64,000 nt of DNA from Octopus vulgaris (GCA_951406725.2 OX597814.1:90396001-90460000); one strand, 5' to 3'; counted from the first letter of the stretch, positions 39,635 to 52,015 are shown. Translations and numbers: made by a program. The notes: generated from the sequence alone by a model not told the origin.

Positions 39635-40241
39635 ACATCTTGGAGAAATTTAGAACCTGGGTTCTCATTCCTAACAATAATAATAATGATTATTATTATT
39701 ATTATTATTAAGCCTGGAATCGAACTTGAAATCTTGGAGATAGTAACCCGCGCACTTAACCACTACACCGTATGGCCGTGAGCAATTATGGAGTGACTCT
39801 TAGGCTTATAAATCTAATATTCTCCTATCCTTCCTTAATACCGGTTCCCATATGCTGTTCATATCTGCTCTTCGTCTGCTTAGGAGGTTGTTGTGTCCTA
39901 AAATACGTGCTCCTTATTTTAGTATTTTCCAGTGGTGTTCTCTATCTATTATTTTAATCTAGGGGAGATATTGATAAATCGGGTATAGTTGATCATGTAT
40001 GAAAAAATGGAGACCACCTCCACCTGAGGGATGCACATATGTTAGGACACAACCTCCTAAGCAGACTGAGTGCAGATATGAACTGCATATGGGAACCGGT
40101 ATTAAGGAAGGATAAGAAAATATTAGATTTTTAAGCCCAAAAATTCACTCCATAATAGTCCACGTGCATATGGCGTAGTGGTTAAGAGCGCGGGCTACTA
40201 ACCCCGAGATTCCGAGTGACCTGAATAATAATAATAATAAT
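39635..40241. mobile_element. Two inverted 3' ends of a Poseidon/Penelope-type PLE (endonuclease C-terminus, tRNA-like segment, (TAA)n)
   Basis: Arms are about 39690-39901 and 40043-40241. The plus strand reads DKSGIVDHV*KNGDH...AHMLGHNLLSRLSADMNCIWEPVLRKDKKILDF*, then TGGCGTAGTGGTTAAGAGCGCGGGCTACTAACCCC. Confidence 0.85.
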
Positions 40242-42439
40242 GATCTGCTGTGTTTGGGGAAGTCATTTTCTTTTTGTACCTTATAATATAACACACTCGC
40301 CAATAAAATTTCCACTTTTTGCTTATTTTTATTCTCCTAAAATGTTCGTTGCGTGTGGCAACCTTTTCAATAGTTTTGACAATCGAGTCAAAACTATTGA
40401 ACAGGTCAGCATAATTACAGTCATAAATATTTGGTCAACCAAGCAAAATATCAGAACATGATTTCCAAGCTGATGCACGCCATCAAGCCAGAGAGTACAT
40501 AATGTGGTCAAAGTGAGTAGTCATTAATCTACAATTGACGGCTGTGATATAACCTTCAATGATTCCACTATACTGTAATGTCGGCCAAAAATTTGACATA
40601 TAGCAGAAAAGAATGACAGAATGTTGAATGTAATTCATAAATCATACATGAAAATATGTCTGAGACGTACATTACCTATCACCAACGAATGATGCAGACA
40701 AATGACACTACACAATAAATCAGACTATTAAAACATTGCAGTTGAATATTTAGTCAAAATATTTGATTATTTTCCTTGAAACAAAATATTCTAACCGTTC
40801 ATAAACCATAGATGTATTAGTAAACATGAGCTACATATATTTTAAATTGATGATGGAGAAATTTTATGCATAGAATAAATTAATATAAGAAAATGCGAAT
40901 ATGCAAATGCTAATATTTCAAATCGAACATATTTGCAAAGGAAATTAAATACATAGAAACACAGCCATTACCTAATAACAGATTAATGGCCGCAGAAAAT
41001 ATTGCACATAGAAACATACATAAAAGTCAAAGCGCGCGCACAATACATAACACGCACAATACATACACAATACATAATATATAATTTTGTTTGTTGAGTG
41101 TTCTATTTCTCAGACGCTGGAACTATAAGGTCGTAAATAACATCTGAAATGCCAGGAGATAAGTACAGTACATGGTGTTTTTTTAAAAAATGTGATCTCA
41201 TCTGGTATGTAAATTCTGAATAACTACAACATAGTCGAGGAGAACGAAAGTAAGCAGACTTAATGTTGAGCAAAATAAGATGTCTTCATCAAAAGAAAAA
41301 GAAACAACATAATATTGAACATAGATTTTTTAGTTATTTCTACATATGCTGCTGAAATGTGAGATAATTTGAACTGGAACTGGTCAAGTTACTACATTAC
41401 AAAATGATATTAATTTTTCTGAAACATTCAGTATTGTTAAAGACAAGTAAGTTAGCCTCATAGATATGTACATGAGAAACGGCCAATTTTAAACGGGAAA
41501 TAGTAATGCGAGTGACACAGTGAAAATAATTAAGGAATTTCAGTGGAGATATAAAGAATAGAAAAATTGCAAAAAAAAAAAGGAAATGAAAAATGATTAG
41601 AAGTTAGAGGACGTTTCAAAGGAAGATACTTGAAATATATAGCAACAAGGTCGACAGAACACCTGTATTCTAGAACGGGTACTCGACAGCATATAAACAA
41701 ATTCAACCACTAGCGCGCGCGTGGCCCTGTGTAATGCTTCGATAAATAAAAATGCATAAACACATATGGGATTATTTCCCTCACAGGAGAATGCAATTGG
41801 ATGGAAGAATCGGTGAAGAGGGCATAAATATGTGACGAAAGATTTGCAGGCAATGGACATATGAGAAAATAAGAAATGTAATAAAAGAGTGAAGAACGAA
41901 TATATAGCGCAAGTGTTTAACAGGAAAAAATAATTAGCATGCAATACATAACAATACACACACACACACATATGTATTATGTATATGTAGCTAGAGCAGA
42001 ATGCATCAATCCAGAGTGGAACCATGAGCTTCGGAGCCAGATTTTTTACAGCACATCCACTTAGTCCAATAAAATTTAAATCTTTAACTCCTGTACACAT
42101 AGAGAGTATTAGAACTCAATACTTATTTCTGTTCACGTAATTGTAACTCTTGCTATGAAAAAACACACTTTTAATAAGTAACAAGATTTGGATTGAAATG
42201 ATGACAGACTGCATCATCATGGAGATGGTTAGCGACAGGACAAGAAATGGTAGAGGAAGGACAGGATATTGGCATCAGGCGAAACATAACAAAATAGGCA
42301 GACAGGAAAAAAAGTGTTATCAGACGTCTGTGAAATAGATGTCTGGTTATATTCCGACTAATAGCTTCATCTAAGAATTTGTTTTCCTTTGATGTTCGTA
42401 CAGTATACATTATCATAAAACCGGCTATATGTTAATACA

Positions 42440-43104
42440 GTTCTATATTTAAGAGATAAAGAATTATGTACATTATTTACATTAATTCTATTTCATGAAT
42501 ATTTTTCCTCATCGTGTTTGATGTTAACACAACTTTCGGCTGATATACCCTCCAGCCTTCATCAGGTGTCTTGGGGAAATTTCGAACCTGGGTTCTCATT
42601 TCTAAGGTATTTTCGATGTTGGTATTTTTATTATTATTCAGGTCACAACTTCGAATCGAACTCGGAATGCTGGAGTTAGTTGCCTGTGCTCTTAACCGTG
42701 AGCGATTATGGAGTGAATTTTAGGGCTTTATAAATCTAGTATTTTCCTATCATTCCTTAATACCGGTTCCCATATAATACACATATTTGCTGTCGGTCTG
42801 CTTAGGAGGTTGTTGTGTCCTAGCAAATGCTCTCCTTCTTTTAGTTTCTCAAAGTATTCCATGTATATATTGGCTATTATCGGTGATAATGGAGAATCCA
42901 TAGCTAAACCCGCTTCTTGTCGATATATAACAGTGTCCATACTGAAGTATGTAGTTTGTACACAGAAGGTCAACATTTCTGTTAAGTTTCCTATTGGTAT
43001 ACTAGTGTGTTCTTTTAGCTGGGTGCCTGTCACTAGTGTTTCTTGAATCACCGACAGTGCTTCACTAGTTGGGACTTTGGTGAACACACTTATCATATCT
43101 AGAC
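42440..43104 (-). mobile_element. Poseidon/Penelope-type PLE, internally deleted: RT fragment, ORF end, tRNA-like segment, tandem hammerheads
   Basis: LDMISVFTKVP...LTFCVQTTYF...YRQEAGLAMDSPLSPIIANIYMEYFE is fused to HLLGHNNLLSRP...WEPVLR. The 3' UTR is homologous to the 39635-40241 arms. Confidence 0.9.
42527..42569 (-). ncRNA. Minimal type-I hammerhead motif, stem III apparently one base short
   Basis: The minus strand reads ACAC-CTGATGA-A-GGCTG-GAGGGTATAT-CAGCC-GAAA-G-TT-GTGT. Confidence 0.75.
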
Positions 43105-43272
43105 TTACTACAGTAAACTACCACACATGTACGGTCTACCTAATATTCACAAGGATGGTATTCCATTAAGACCTATAGTGAGCTGTAGAGGTTCAGCATA
43201 TCATCCACTGAGCCGCTTCCTTGTGGAAATAATCAGTTCATTAGAAGGAAAGTCAACATCGTACGTGAAAAA
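43105..43272 (+). mobile_element. Inverted upstream RT fragment of the same PLE
   Basis: MYGLPNIHKDGIPLRPIVSCRGSAYHPLSRFLVEII..L.GK..SYVK matches the YGLPKIHK...PLRPIVS motif of PLE RT. Confidence 0.9.
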
Positions 43273-43289
43273 ATACACACACACACAAT

Positions 43290-43500
43290 TATATATATGT
43301 ATATGTTTGTGTGTCTGTGTTTGGCTCCCCCACCATCACTTGACAACAGATGGTGGTGGTTTACGTCCTTATAAGTTAGCGGTTCGGAAAAGACACCGAT
43401 AGAATAAATACTAGGCTTACAGAGTCGATTTGTCCGACTAAAGGCGGTGCTCCAGCATAGCCGCAGTTAAATAACTGAAACAAATAAAAGAAAAAAAGAA
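43290..43500 (+). mobile_element. Major SINE 3' half
   Basis: GTGTCTGTGTTTG...TTAGCGGTTCGG...CCGATAGAATAA...GGCGGTGCTCCAGCAT.GCCGCAG. Confidence 0.88.
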
Positions 43501-43724
43501 TGTAAAATGTATAACAAGTAAAAAATGTATATGTTAAATTGTCTGAAATAGGAATCAGTGTATCACACGCAAAGCCAATACTTCATGTAAATCATAGTTA
43601 ATTGCGTTATTCTTCCTGATATCTTACCATTTATAGACATAAGCTGTTAAATAAAGAATGATATTCTCCGGTATGAATGGATAATTGCAAGTTACGACAC
43701 TATATCAGGACAAATACCACAGAA

Positions 43725-43981
43725 ATTTAGGATTTTCAGGAGGTGTGTGTTTTCAGTATGAAATGCAAATTGCTATTTTAAACTAATACTGCTTCTATTG
43801 CTCATAACGAAGACACATACAAATACACACACACAGATACACACAAACACACAGTGTGTATGTGTGTATCTGTGTGTGTGTATTTGTATGTGTCTTCGTT
43901 ATGAGCAATAGAAGCAGTATTAGTTTAAAATAGCAATTTGCATTTCATACTGAAAACACACACCTCCTGAAAATCCTAAAT
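43725..43981. repeat. Near-perfect palindrome, 128-bp arms, 1-nt centre
   Basis: 43725-43852 is the reverse complement of 43854-43981. I found one mismatch (43846/43860). Confidence 0.97.
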
Positions 43982-44274
43982 ACAGTGTGTATGTGTTCAT
44001 ATGTGTACAGAAGTGAAGTCGTGTTCCATAGTCAAATTTGTTTCCGTAGTTATATTAGAAGTAGGATAACAGCTATTCATATTTAAATAAAGAAAGTATT
44101 CTTTATTGTCTTGTGACTAACAATTCTATTCGATAAATGATTCCGTTCTGAAACCTGAGTGCCAAAAATATTGTATTTCTCTAACTTTTTATATAGATTA
44201 ACTATTGAAAATTACATGCATACATACATACATACATACATACATACAAACACACACACATACATACATACATA

Positions 44275-44496
44275 TATGTGTGTGTGTTTGTGTGTCTGTA
44301 TTTGTTTCCCCCCAACATCGATTGACAACCGATGTCGGTGTGTTTATGTCCCCGTAGCCTAGCGGTTTGGCAAAAGAGGCCGGTAGAATACGTACTAGGC
44401 TTACAAAGTATAACTCCTGGTGTAGATTTGTTGCACTAAAGCCGGTGCTCCAGCATGGTCCCAGTCAAATGACTGAAATAAGTAAAAGAATAAAAG

Positions 44497-44497
<1 letters not shown>
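44275..44497 (+). mobile_element. Major SINE 3' half
   Basis: TTGACAACCGATG...TAGCGGTTTGGCAAAAGAG...CGGTGCTCCAGCATGG...CAGTCAAATGACTGAAA. Confidence 0.88.
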
Positions 44498-44540
<43 letters not shown>

Positions 44541-45923
44541 CATACATTTACATATATATACAGAGATATATAGATAAACATACATATACACACACACGCA
44601 TATAATATCATCGATTAAATAGAGGAAAGATATTCAATGACGTCAAAACATTTTCTTTTCATTTAATTTTCTTTTGAAAACGTCTGGAGATATAGCAATA
44701 TTGCTCTAAAATATGTAAAACAATATAATTAACAATTTTCTTGAGAATATTTTAAACCATTGTTTATCTAACATCTCAATATCTTATTTCTAGCTTTTGT
44801 ATTTTGCGGCAAAATTAAACTATAGTGTGACAAAAATACATTGAATTCAAATAAATAGACAACTTTCATCAGCGTAAATTTATAGTGAAACAGATTCCAG
44901 TCCCTTGTTGTTTGTCTAGTGTGTTCCTCTTCCTGGTCGTCGACGCATATGCAGTTCGATTTCGGTCAGTATTATTTTTGTGCTCGAAACTTGTACGTAA
45001 TTTTTCTTGCTCTGTCGTTCAGAAACTGAATAGAAGAAATGTAACTGACAAAAGCCCACTCTCAGTGTACATTTACTACATGAACTTATCCTAATCATGC
45101 ATCCAACGAGCATCATTGTTATCAGAGTAAAGCATTCAAAGTTCACTTTATAATCATATTACAAAATTCACTTATATAATCATATTACTCCGTCATAGGT
45201 TACAAATTTGCATGTGAGAACAAATAAGGGAAGGTTTTAATATATTTACAAATACAAATAAACAATGGCTATGGAAAACCGAATCTGGGAAAGAAGTTCT
45301 AAGTTAGCGAGTGCAAGATCTATTAGAAGCAGCAGCCGAATATCTCACATTACAAATTTATGTACTTAATGACAAGTTAAACAACGGAGAGCAATATATT
45401 CTTTAGATTCAATGCATATTTCGATAGCCATACCTGAAATAGCTGGGGCAAAAATAACAGGCGGTGATACACCAGTTCCCCCATGGGTCTGTTTACCTGC
45501 TTCAATATTCCAAGATCGCGCATGCACGCACATACACAACCACACACGCGCGCACACTCATACACAAATTTATGTATATTTCTATAAGCAATAATTATAA
45601 AGATAGCGCTCCTTCTTCGTAATTTACTTACGGTGAGCCAACATATAGCGCTGCCAGTCACCGTACTGCGACTGGAAAAGCATATGACAGGTAATCTCTT
45701 GATTCACCTCGCAGTGCCGTCTACTTCAATAAGGAGGCAACTACTCCGAAATGTTAACATCTCGCAGTCTAGGTAGTTGGTACTGCCAGCTGATCTAAGT
45801 GTATACACACCATTTGTCAGCAAGCGTGATATATTCTATAATGACAGAACGGTGTGAGTAGCTTGTTCCCCAGTTCGAACGTGCATCGATCATAATCGGA
45901 CTGATAATAAACATTGCAATATA

Positions 45924-46153
45924 TATTTCTTTACTACCCACAAGGGGCTAAACACAGAGAGGACAAACAAGGACAGACCAAGGGATTAAGTCGATTACAT
46001 CGACCCAGTACGTAACTGGTACTTAATTTATCGACCCCGAAAGGATGAAAGGCAAAGTCGACCTCGGCGAAATTTGAACTCAGAACGTAACGGCGGACGA
46101 AATACGGCCACGCATTTCGCCCGGCGTGCTAACGTTTCTGCCAATTCGCCGCC
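45924..46153 (-). mobile_element. Young Nin-domain tRNA-derived SINE with a 16-bp target-site duplication
   Basis: The minus strand reads GGCGGCGAATTGGCAGAAACGTTAGCACGCCGGGCG...GAGTTCAAATT...TTTCATCCTTTCGGGGTCGATAAATTAAGTACCAG. TAAACATTGCAATATA occurs at 45908-45923 and 46154-46169. Confidence 0.93.
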
Positions 46154-48394
46154 TAAACATTGCAATATAGCGATAGAGAATATAAAGACTGGTACATCCT
46201 GAAAATTTATTTCCTTTTATCTTAAAATGTCATACAGCATATTTTTATGGTCATATCGACATACACGTCTTTCCACTGCACAGACATACGTCTTTCCAGC
46301 TCACATCTTTTAATATGACAGAGAGTGGTTCTTGGTAAACCTGTGCACTGATATATAGACGGTGTATAACCAACACAGAGATTATTTTATAACTATGGAT
46401 GATTTAAATGACAAATCTAAAATATTATCATAAATCGAGATTAGAGAAGGAAAACTTTGAATAGATATATATATTGACATATATTGAGATGCGACTGTTT
46501 TTATGTGAATTTTAATTCAAACTTCAGTTTTAAGAGTTATCTTTCAGGCTCACTTTCGCATTTCGGATAACAAATCAATGTTTTATTCATTTAAAATTTA
46601 AAACTAAAGAAAAGCTTAAATGAAAGTAAAACTAAAATTCGATCATAATTTCCATTACATTGAAATGTTCTTTGATAGGCATATCTTTATCTCCTTATTT
46701 GAAAATTATGAACATATTGAAAGTGATTTCCTTCAAAAATATTAATTTGTATATCTACGCTTTTATCGCTGCTATTAGCTTCGTAGTACACCAATAAAAT
46801 CTGAGATTTCGATTTTTAGAGCAAATCTTGACTAGTCCACTGAAAATTAAAGTTCTGATTACAGAAAGCTTCATTAACCAGAGAGCAGGAACAAAATCAA
46901 TAACTATCAATCCTTTTTGAATTTTGCTACTACTATTAGCGATAGTTAAATAGAAAGAAACTATTTTGCTAAATTCCTTACGGCTACAGATTAGACGGAA
47001 AACAACGAATGATTTTCTTTTGATAACTTACAAAGTCTAATCATGATAAAATCTCATATACAAAATAAAATAAATTCTCTTACAAATGCTGTTATTTGTA
47101 CGCAATGTACAACATACTTTAGACGACATTTTAATGAAACTATTCAAATTTTAAACTTTTGTAGTACATGATTCTTTGATGTATCACATAATAATTGAGA
47201 GGTGGCATATATTTTCAGAAATACTTTGCATTCGAGGTAATCAGTTCTCATTAGGATCACATTAAGAAACAATTGGAAAATAGGTATATTTTCCGAAAAT
47301 TGTTTTTATATACCAATCACGGGAATCCAGCATTTGGTGTTGTACGAAATGTACCAATCGATCAGAAAAACTATCAGCAAATTATACAATTACCATTTTG
47401 TCATGTTTGTACACCTCATTCAAACACAGATATAATATATACAATGCTAACACCACCGCACTATATTCTATTTCGATCTATTCTGTCACACAGAGAGCAT
47501 CGTTTGATTCTCTGAAAACTTCATATTGTAAACTAGTATAGCCCAAAGTAACTTGACATACGCATTTATCCAATTTCTGTTCATTTTATGTCGTCTCAAA
47601 ACGTTCACTTCAGTACGTCATCCAGAAATTTGAATTTCTTTCATAGGATTTTTGTTTGAACATTTACTTGCATCAATACAAACTGTGCATTACTGCAAGT
47701 ATTTGCCGGATGAAGAAAACATATTCTAATGAAATAAATAGTGAATCGATGAGTCCTAAATAAAACAGAAATTTGAATAATCAGAGCATATTCTGTACCA
47801 GTGATTTATATAATTTACATGTCTCTCTGTCCCTCCAGTCTCACCTTATTACACAAGCGAATATTTCTGTTATGTGCCACTTGAATAAATATGAGCGTGT
47901 CTCACAAATAGCTGATATTTAAACCTAACTGTACGTAGGCTTTCAGGGAAAACTTGCTTTAATTTAAATACAAATTTTAATTAAGTAAATATGAATCCTG
48001 ACTTGGGAGTTGATTTACACATCTCTTTATGTGAAGAAGGCATAATCCAGATTGATGATCAGATTTTAATGAGCATCTCATTAATTGTGAATATAAAGTA
48101 TCAATACTTTAATAACATTAATCAATCTTTTATAGTAATGAGTTTCTCTTCCAGACAACATGTATGTTCTTTGGTTAGACGTAAATGCCAGTTATTTTGC
48201 CAACGAGAAAAAATGAACTCAACTCGGAAATTAGACACAATTTTTAAACAGATAAAGCATTGAAGGTCATATCAGACAGTGTAGTAAATATAAATGATTT
48301 CCGCATTTGAAATTGAAAGTGCGGCTGTAATAAAAGAAAATACAAAAACAAAAACAAAATTGAAATTCAACTAAAAATTATCAGTTATATATAC

Positions 48395-48518
48395 TGGTTT
48401 CAAATTTTCGCACAAGGCCAGTTATATAAGGGTCGATTACCTCGGATCCATTGATCAATTGGTACCCATTATATCGATTGTGAAAGGCTGAAATGCAAAG
48501 TAGGCCCCAGCGGCATTA
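48395..48518 (-). mobile_element. Degenerate Nin-domain SINE fragment
   Basis: GGTTTCAAATTTTCGCACAAGGCCAG...GTCGATTAC...TATCGA...GAAAGG.TGAAA.GCAAAG. Confidence 0.65.
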
Positions 48519-50312
48519 TTCTTCAATACTTGAATTATGTTTAAAATTATATATCATCCTCTGTATGAAATAAAAACGACCATATTGTAATTTTTCCGCA
48601 AAAGCATTACGTTTGTTCGCAATAATTGATTTGCCGCATTATATTCGTGTCCTACATAAGGAAACGTACTTTAGGGGAATGCATATAGTTCATTATTTAG
48701 ACCGAGTATGTGGGAATTCAAACACAAGTTCTATAAATCCTGGAAATTTTCTTTGAGATGGTCAATAAGAATAAGTAGATTTTAAAACAAATTTAGTATA
48801 CAAATAGTATTTGTAATATTTGAGTGGTTCGGTTAAAAGCTGACAATTATTGCTGATCATCGTTCAAGAGTTCAAACGACACAGATGTAGGAGAAGTGAC
48901 AGGGAAACCAGTGTATTAGGGTTATCCTACAGTGAGCACTCTCGTCTCCGTGTTATGAAAACTGCCGAAGTTTTTGAGATGTAGTAATGAGCTCATAATA
49001 TACTGTGCACAATGCTGTAATACTAATTTAAGTGGTGGGCATTCACGATTTTGATACTACTCAAGCATTGTTTAAATGATTTCAGCAATTCTTAATTTAT
49101 ACATATATGGATGCTAAAGCTACTGTGAGAAAACAATTCATTTTTTTCCTGGTACCCCCAAGGTTTTAGAGTCTTGTGTGATGATCTTGTTTGCCAAGAT
49201 AAGTCATCTTAATTTTACCTCATAACATGAGAGCTACATAAATTCACCCTCTGAGCAAACTCAATTAACTGTTGAACTAGTGGTGTAGATGAAGGTAAAC
49301 AACGTACAAATTTTAAATTTGCAAAATACTGTGAAGAAAGCTAATAAACAACAATACTAAATTGATTCTTGTGTGTGCTCGGACTTATTGATATTTGTTT
49401 CAAATTTAATCTGTTACTATCAAAATACGTCAACGAAAAATGCTAATAATGGTGACAATAAAAGAAATACAACAAAAAAATTATTATTAAGACAATTTCA
49501 ATTTTCGTTTTATTTAATAATTTCCATTCCTCTGAGATGGTGGAAAAGAAGAAGTAATCCCATAATGATCTTAATGAAATTCTATTTTTAATTAAGAGAC
49601 ATTAACTCTTCTCACGCACACACATCTGTAAGCAAACAAACGCTCACAAATCTAAATGTGCAGATATATTCATATAGAAATAATCATATATGTGTGTGTA
49701 TACAATACCCACACAGACATACACACATGGTTGTATTAATATATGCGTGTGTGCTTGAATGTGTATACCTCTTTGTATGACTATGTGTGTAAATAGAAGT
49801 TTATGATTTAGAATAATAACTAGTCATCAGGTGTTGACGTTCTGCAGACATAAAATTTTAAATACAAATTCTGGTTGGATTAAAATATTCATCATTTGAG
49901 ACATCAGACAGATTATGGAATTATTTGAAAGATATATTTCTGAGAGATTGGGACCTTTTTACACTGGGTAAGGTATTGCGTCTTAAAATTTATGTTGAGT
50001 GTCTTAGTTGCACAACTCAAAATCACGCGATTCCATTGACATTTGTTTGTTTAAATTTCATATCATGGAATTTTATATAATTGATGGTGGTACATTCCCA
50101 TATCGCAAATCGTCGCTTCCTTAGCACTTTTTCAATGGCGAGAGTGACATAGGAATATATGTAAACCAGAAAATTAAGTATGACAAGGTACTTTTGTTAG
50201 ATTCACTAGCTTTCCCGAAGACACAGTTTTGCATCAATAGATATGTTGGTACATATAATGTATTGATATCAATATTTGCATGAATATTTTTAAATGAGTA
50301 CCTATCTATGTC

Positions 50313-50343
<31 letters not shown>

Positions 50344-50412
50344 GATATTTATATATATGTATTTATATGTATATATATATATATATATATACACAGTATA
50401 TATATGTGTATA

Positions 50413-50484
<72 letters not shown>

Positions 50485-50518
50485 AAATAAGTAACTAACA
50501 AGGACGCCCAGGTATCAA

Positions 50519-50605
50519 TACATTACGGCCGTTTCAAGCGGTTTCATTTAATCGATCAATGAAGACATTACATCATTTTGTAAGAAACTGCTCTTCTCAA
50601 ACACA
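50519..50605 (-). ncRNA. Degenerate type-I hammerhead motif in a unit between two TA tracts
   Basis: The minus strand reads TGTGT-TTGAGA-A-GAGCAGTTTC...GAAACCGCTT-GAAA-CGGCCG-TA-ATGTA. Stem II is long and stem III palindromic, but the CUGANGA box is damaged. Confidence 0.55.
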
Positions 50606-50617
50606 GACGCTCCTACA

Positions 50618-50679
<62 letters not shown>

Positions 50680-50680
50680 G

Positions 50681-50903
50681 AAATAAGGTATTCAGAAATC
50701 TGGATGGTTTTATGTTTACAGATTTTTATTATGTCACATGTTTTTTTATAAATCATATATTAGTGCTTGCATCAACTGTAGTGTATTCTTCAGATAACCC
50801 ACTAGAGTGGATGCAAGAGCTAAAATATGATTTAGAAAAACATGTGACATATTAATAAAAATCTGTAAACATAAAACCATCCAGATTTATGAGTACCTTA
50901 TTT
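50681..50903. repeat. Hairpin inverted repeat, arms about 103 bp, 16-nt loop
   Basis: AAATAAGGTA.TCA.AAATCTGGATGGTTTTATGTTTACAGATTTTTATT...TAGTG pairs with CACTA...AATAAAAATCTGTAAACATAAAACCATCCAGATTT.TGA.TACCTTATTT. Confidence 0.95.
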
Positions 50904-51604
50904 AATACTGCTAATACTAGCCTTCGGAACAGCACTTCGATAAGATAACTATCCTGAAGTTATGTAATATATGTCCTGTATGCAAAGACATATATCTAAA
51001 GCTGATATAAATCCTGAATACTTTAGAACGATCTATCAGTGATATTATATATTATTTTGTTTATATTTTCGTATATATAATTTCTTTGGTAGGACTCGAC
51101 AGAATTTATTCGAACACTGAAGACACACGCATTTTAATTATTTGCTCTACGGTTAAATATGATCCCAACGACGGACGCATTATATAGGAGTTTACTAATA
51201 CTGTTTCCTAATATTTTTAGACATTGTAGGTGGTGGTTGGAAAAACTTGATAAGTTACAATATTTGTAGAAACCTTGTCAAAATAAGATTGCAGTACCAC
51301 TACTCATAAGCTTTGAACAATATTCCGCTGACAAAGTCCATAACGTAGTCTTATGAATGTTTAGCACAGGCGCAGTCAACTTATAAAAGATGTGGGTCGT
51401 AGGAGATATGACATCTTTATAAGGCAGGGCGCAATGCTAAAATATAAATTAAGAAGTGATTTTTCGTGAGGCTTATCATTTAGAATGTCTCGCAGACCCC
51501 AAGTTGCCTATGACTTTTTTAGCAAGTCTGGAAATTACACAATATCCTTTTCTGAGGTATAAAACCTGTGCTGTAATCGCCATCAATATTTGTGGTGCTA
51601 GGAA

Positions 51605-52015
51605 GTTCTCGAGGTCATAGAATCTTTGTTATGCCGGGCAAAATGTTTAGCTGCATTTTGTCCGTTTTTTACATTCTGAGTTCAAATCCGGAAAAGGTCG
51701 ACTTTTATCATTTTGCAGTTGATAAAATAAGTACCCATTGAGCGCTGGGGTCGACTTACTCTCTCCCGAAAGTGCTAGCTTTTGAAACCAATACATGAGA
51801 TGCAAGTAAGGTGGCAAGGTGGCAGAATCATCACTACGCTGTGCAAAATGCTTAATGGTATTTCTTCCTGCTTTGTACGTTCCGAGTTAAAATACCACCG
51901 AAATCAACATTGATTTCATTCTTTTGGAGTCGATAAAATAAATAGCAGACGAGGAATGGAATCGATATAATCTGTTTCCACCTCAACATTACTACCCTTG
52001 TGCCAAAATTAGAAA
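51605..52015 (+). mobile_element. Two adjacent degenerate Nin-domain SINE copies
   Basis: TTCTGAGTTCAAATCC..GGTCGACTTT..GATAAAATAAGTACC at about 51675-51735. GGTGGCAAGGTGGCAGAATC..TTCCGAGTT.AAAT..GAGTCGATAAAATAA at about 51810-51942. Confidence 0.75.

Noticed and set aside
40171-40220. tRNA gene call for this segment and for the SINE heads at 21595 and 24561
   Set aside because: There is no complete cloverleaf or acceptor stem, and each is embedded in a repeat. They are treated as tRNA-derived.
49898-50200. Plus-strand exon-like stretches (QIMELFERY.. and HFFNGESDIG..) and a similar one near 62110-62170
   Set aside because: The splice signals are weak, the peptides are unrecognised and they do not form a consistent gene model.
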